The translations under genes and the position numbers were made by a program. A stretch of DNA of 54,862 nt from Bigelowiella natans CCMP2755 (lineage: Eukaryota; Protista; Cercozoa): NCBI GenBank assembly GCA_000320545.1, contig ADNK01003251.1, forward strand, positions 1 to 54,862, read 5' to 3'. Below are positions 52,305 through 54,862 of the stretch, in pieces; position 1 is the first letter of the stretch; each line of letters starts with the position of its first letter. The notes under the pieces were generated by a model. That model saw only the letters and a program-made list of their open reading frames with translations. It searched no databases and was not told the origin of the DNA.

Positions 52305-54672
52305 GGCTTCTTCCCTCTTTAATGAATACTACAACTGCGGCTCGTCATAATCAATGAAATAATGAATGAATCAATCGATAATAGTCTTTGAGCAAGCACC
52401 TTTCCAGCAAATTGCCGCACTTTATCAACCATCTCATTTCCTGATATTGGTGAGATGTAGTATGTATGTATGTATGTATTATCATGATGCATTATTGGTA
52501 TTATTCTCATGGATTCATCATGCCAGAATACTGTGCTTTTTGTTGCTTATTCTTCCCGTAACTTCTTGCAAATGCAACGGAATCAATATCCTATCCAACT
52601 ACTACTAGTACTGGTGCTACTACTACTACTACATCTACTATGTTACACCTATTGCTTGTATGACAGGTTGTATTTAAGGCGTGGCGGTTAACATATTTCG
52701 ATATTGGATGGGGGTGATGATGTTGATGATGAAGAAGAAGAAGGACAAGACGAAAACTACAAAGAGCTACTGCATACTACAAACCAGCGGAGAGATCAGT
52801 ATCAATTACATTTGCAGCATAAATCACCTAATTATTTTTTATTGAATTGTTGTTAGAGAAAAGTCAAGACTGCTTCCCAACAAATCAGTAGAACGAAGTA
52901 CCCAGATATATATCATCCAATTAGCAGTGTTACTGCTGCTGGTTACTATTGCTACTGCTAGTATTACTACTAATGGATACTATTACTACTACTACTACTA
53001 CTACTACTACTACAACTACTACCACTGCTACTACTATTTTACTTCTACTTCTACTTGTACTATACTACTACCGGTTTCTTGGTTAGTAACCCTAAAGACT
53101 TAACCGCAAGTTCTTCGTCAGGGTCTAATTCCAAAAATCTTGCTGGTTTGTCACTATTTAACGCTTCGAATATGCGCTCAAGTGCACCCTGAGTAATAGC
53201 ATTAGCAGCAGCATCATTAGAGCTGCTAGTACACACATACAAGCTCTGTTTTGTGCAAATAATAATAGAAATAATAACTAATGTTTATTTATACGAAATA
53301 GAGGAGGAGGAGGGCTGACATGGTGGATAATGATATCAAATCTCACAATACTACAACTGCTACTACTGATACTACCAATACTACTAATACTACTCTTTCT
53401 GGTTACATTATACACCATTACCGCTAATAACTTCTGTTGATCGCTTTGCTTTCCTGATTGCAGAGCAACCCAAAAGGATAATATCGGTAAAAGAAGAAAG
53501 AGAAGAATCAGAATACTACTGTTTTTATCTATGCTGCCTGTTTCACTACCATCACCACCACCACCGCTACTACTACTACTACTACTACTACTACTATAAG
53601 TACCCTTCTTCGCTCTTTGTAGTGTTCTTTCAATTTGCTCAATATCAGAAAGAATGAGTTCCAGGTTAATGGTGTCAATATCACGAAGAGGATCCACTGA
53701 TACGTTATTATTATTATTATTATATTATAATGACAATAAGAACAATAATGATAACAAAAGTCATAAAATATACTCATGATGGTGACTAACAAGCCTCGTT
53801 CTAATAAAACATTGAATAATGTCATCATTTATTCAAAAGATTGATCGCAGAGGTAATAGACCAGCTAAGTGCTGTAGAAAGAAGCAAAATCTAAATCCTC
53901 CTTCCTACATGTTACGACTAATTACTTATGTAACTGCTACTCCTTACTACTACTATTACTACTACAACTAACCTGAACCATCCACATGCACGATATTAGC
54001 ATCTTCAAAGCACCGCACCTGTAATAATAATAATTATAATAATAATAATAATCATAATAACAATGTTGCGTTGTATGATCTAGCACTTGCTACCTTCAGC
54101 ATCATCATCAGGAATAGTATGCATGATTATTATTTACTATCACAATTGAGATGTAAGCAGAATCATCATCATCATCACTACAACTACTTCTTCTTTTTAC
54201 CACGTGTACAATTGCATCACATTCACGGATATTGGCCAAGAACTTGTTTCCTAGACCTTCTCTTTTGCTGCAGGAAGCAGCAGTTTTTTGTATATTTGTA
54301 TGATCAGATACAACGTGACAAGAGGAGTGATGACTTACAATTATTCACCAACATTACTAAATATACCAAAGCTCTTTCTTGTTCAAAAGAGAAGATAGTA
54401 CTACTAATACTCCTATTACTACTACTACTATCAGTATACCTTGCACCGGCAACAAGGCCTGCAATATCCACAAACGCTAATGATGTCGGGACCACCTATT
54501 ATCACCACCATCATCCCCATATTCATCATTAACAAGAAAAAGAGAAAGAAAAACAGTATTCCCACTGAAGATAACGATAATCAACAATAGTAGCACATCC
54601 AACTCAAGATGATGATGATGATAAAGATGCCGAAGATTATGGCTAGAAATGACATCTTCTTCGTATGTATCG

Positions 54673-54703
<31 letters not shown>

Positions 54704-54862
54704 TATTATAATCTTCCATCACCCATATATGATGCGGTCTACTACTCACACTACCTTCTCACTCTTTGACATATCAGCTAAAACATCAAGTCTTTGTGGT
54801 GTTGTAACAACCCGGATGATCATCATGATCATAATCATCAATATTCCTAATATTATTACTAC
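51904..54862 (-). pseudogene. ychF: YchF/OLA1 ATPase, middle exons (5' end beyond the window), truncated mid-exon at ~51904
   Basis: LDVLADMSKSEK|VVPTSLAFVDIAGLVAGAS|[22 protein letters not shown]|VRCFEDANIVHVDGS|VDPLRDIDTINLELILSD...LLTKKP|VIYAANV...ISAQVESELVDLDPDERKEFLDDLG|VKEGESC, then unrelated sequence. Confidence 0.9.

Overview
Intron-rich eukaryotic nuclear DNA with microsatellite-filled introns. A ubiquitin-actin fusion suggests a chlorarachniophyte/cercozoan (inference). About 15 genes or gene remnants lie in almost strictly alternating orientation: acyltransferase-3, POC5-like, ubiquitin-actin, PLAC8-like, STELLO-like, a possible lipid-droplet protein, two ankyrin genes or pseudogenes, JmjC, claudin-like, Bud22-like, Ubl/F-box/SMI1, an EF-hand amino-acid transporter and YchF. 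Two signals stand out. (1) A region-restricted mutational process appears to have converted almost every TpA to TpG or CpA while sparing CTAG. It affects dead gene fragments, a TTAGGG-derived tract and 3'/convergent intergenic DNA, but not introns, and resembles RIP with opposite base polarity. (2) The YchF/OLA1 gene is cut mid-exon by an apparent ~14.2 kb inversion (about 37706-51903, with CTGCT/AGCAG at both ends): its 5' part is on the minus strand and its 3' part on the plus strand. All exon boundaries, family calls and counts were made by eye without database searches.
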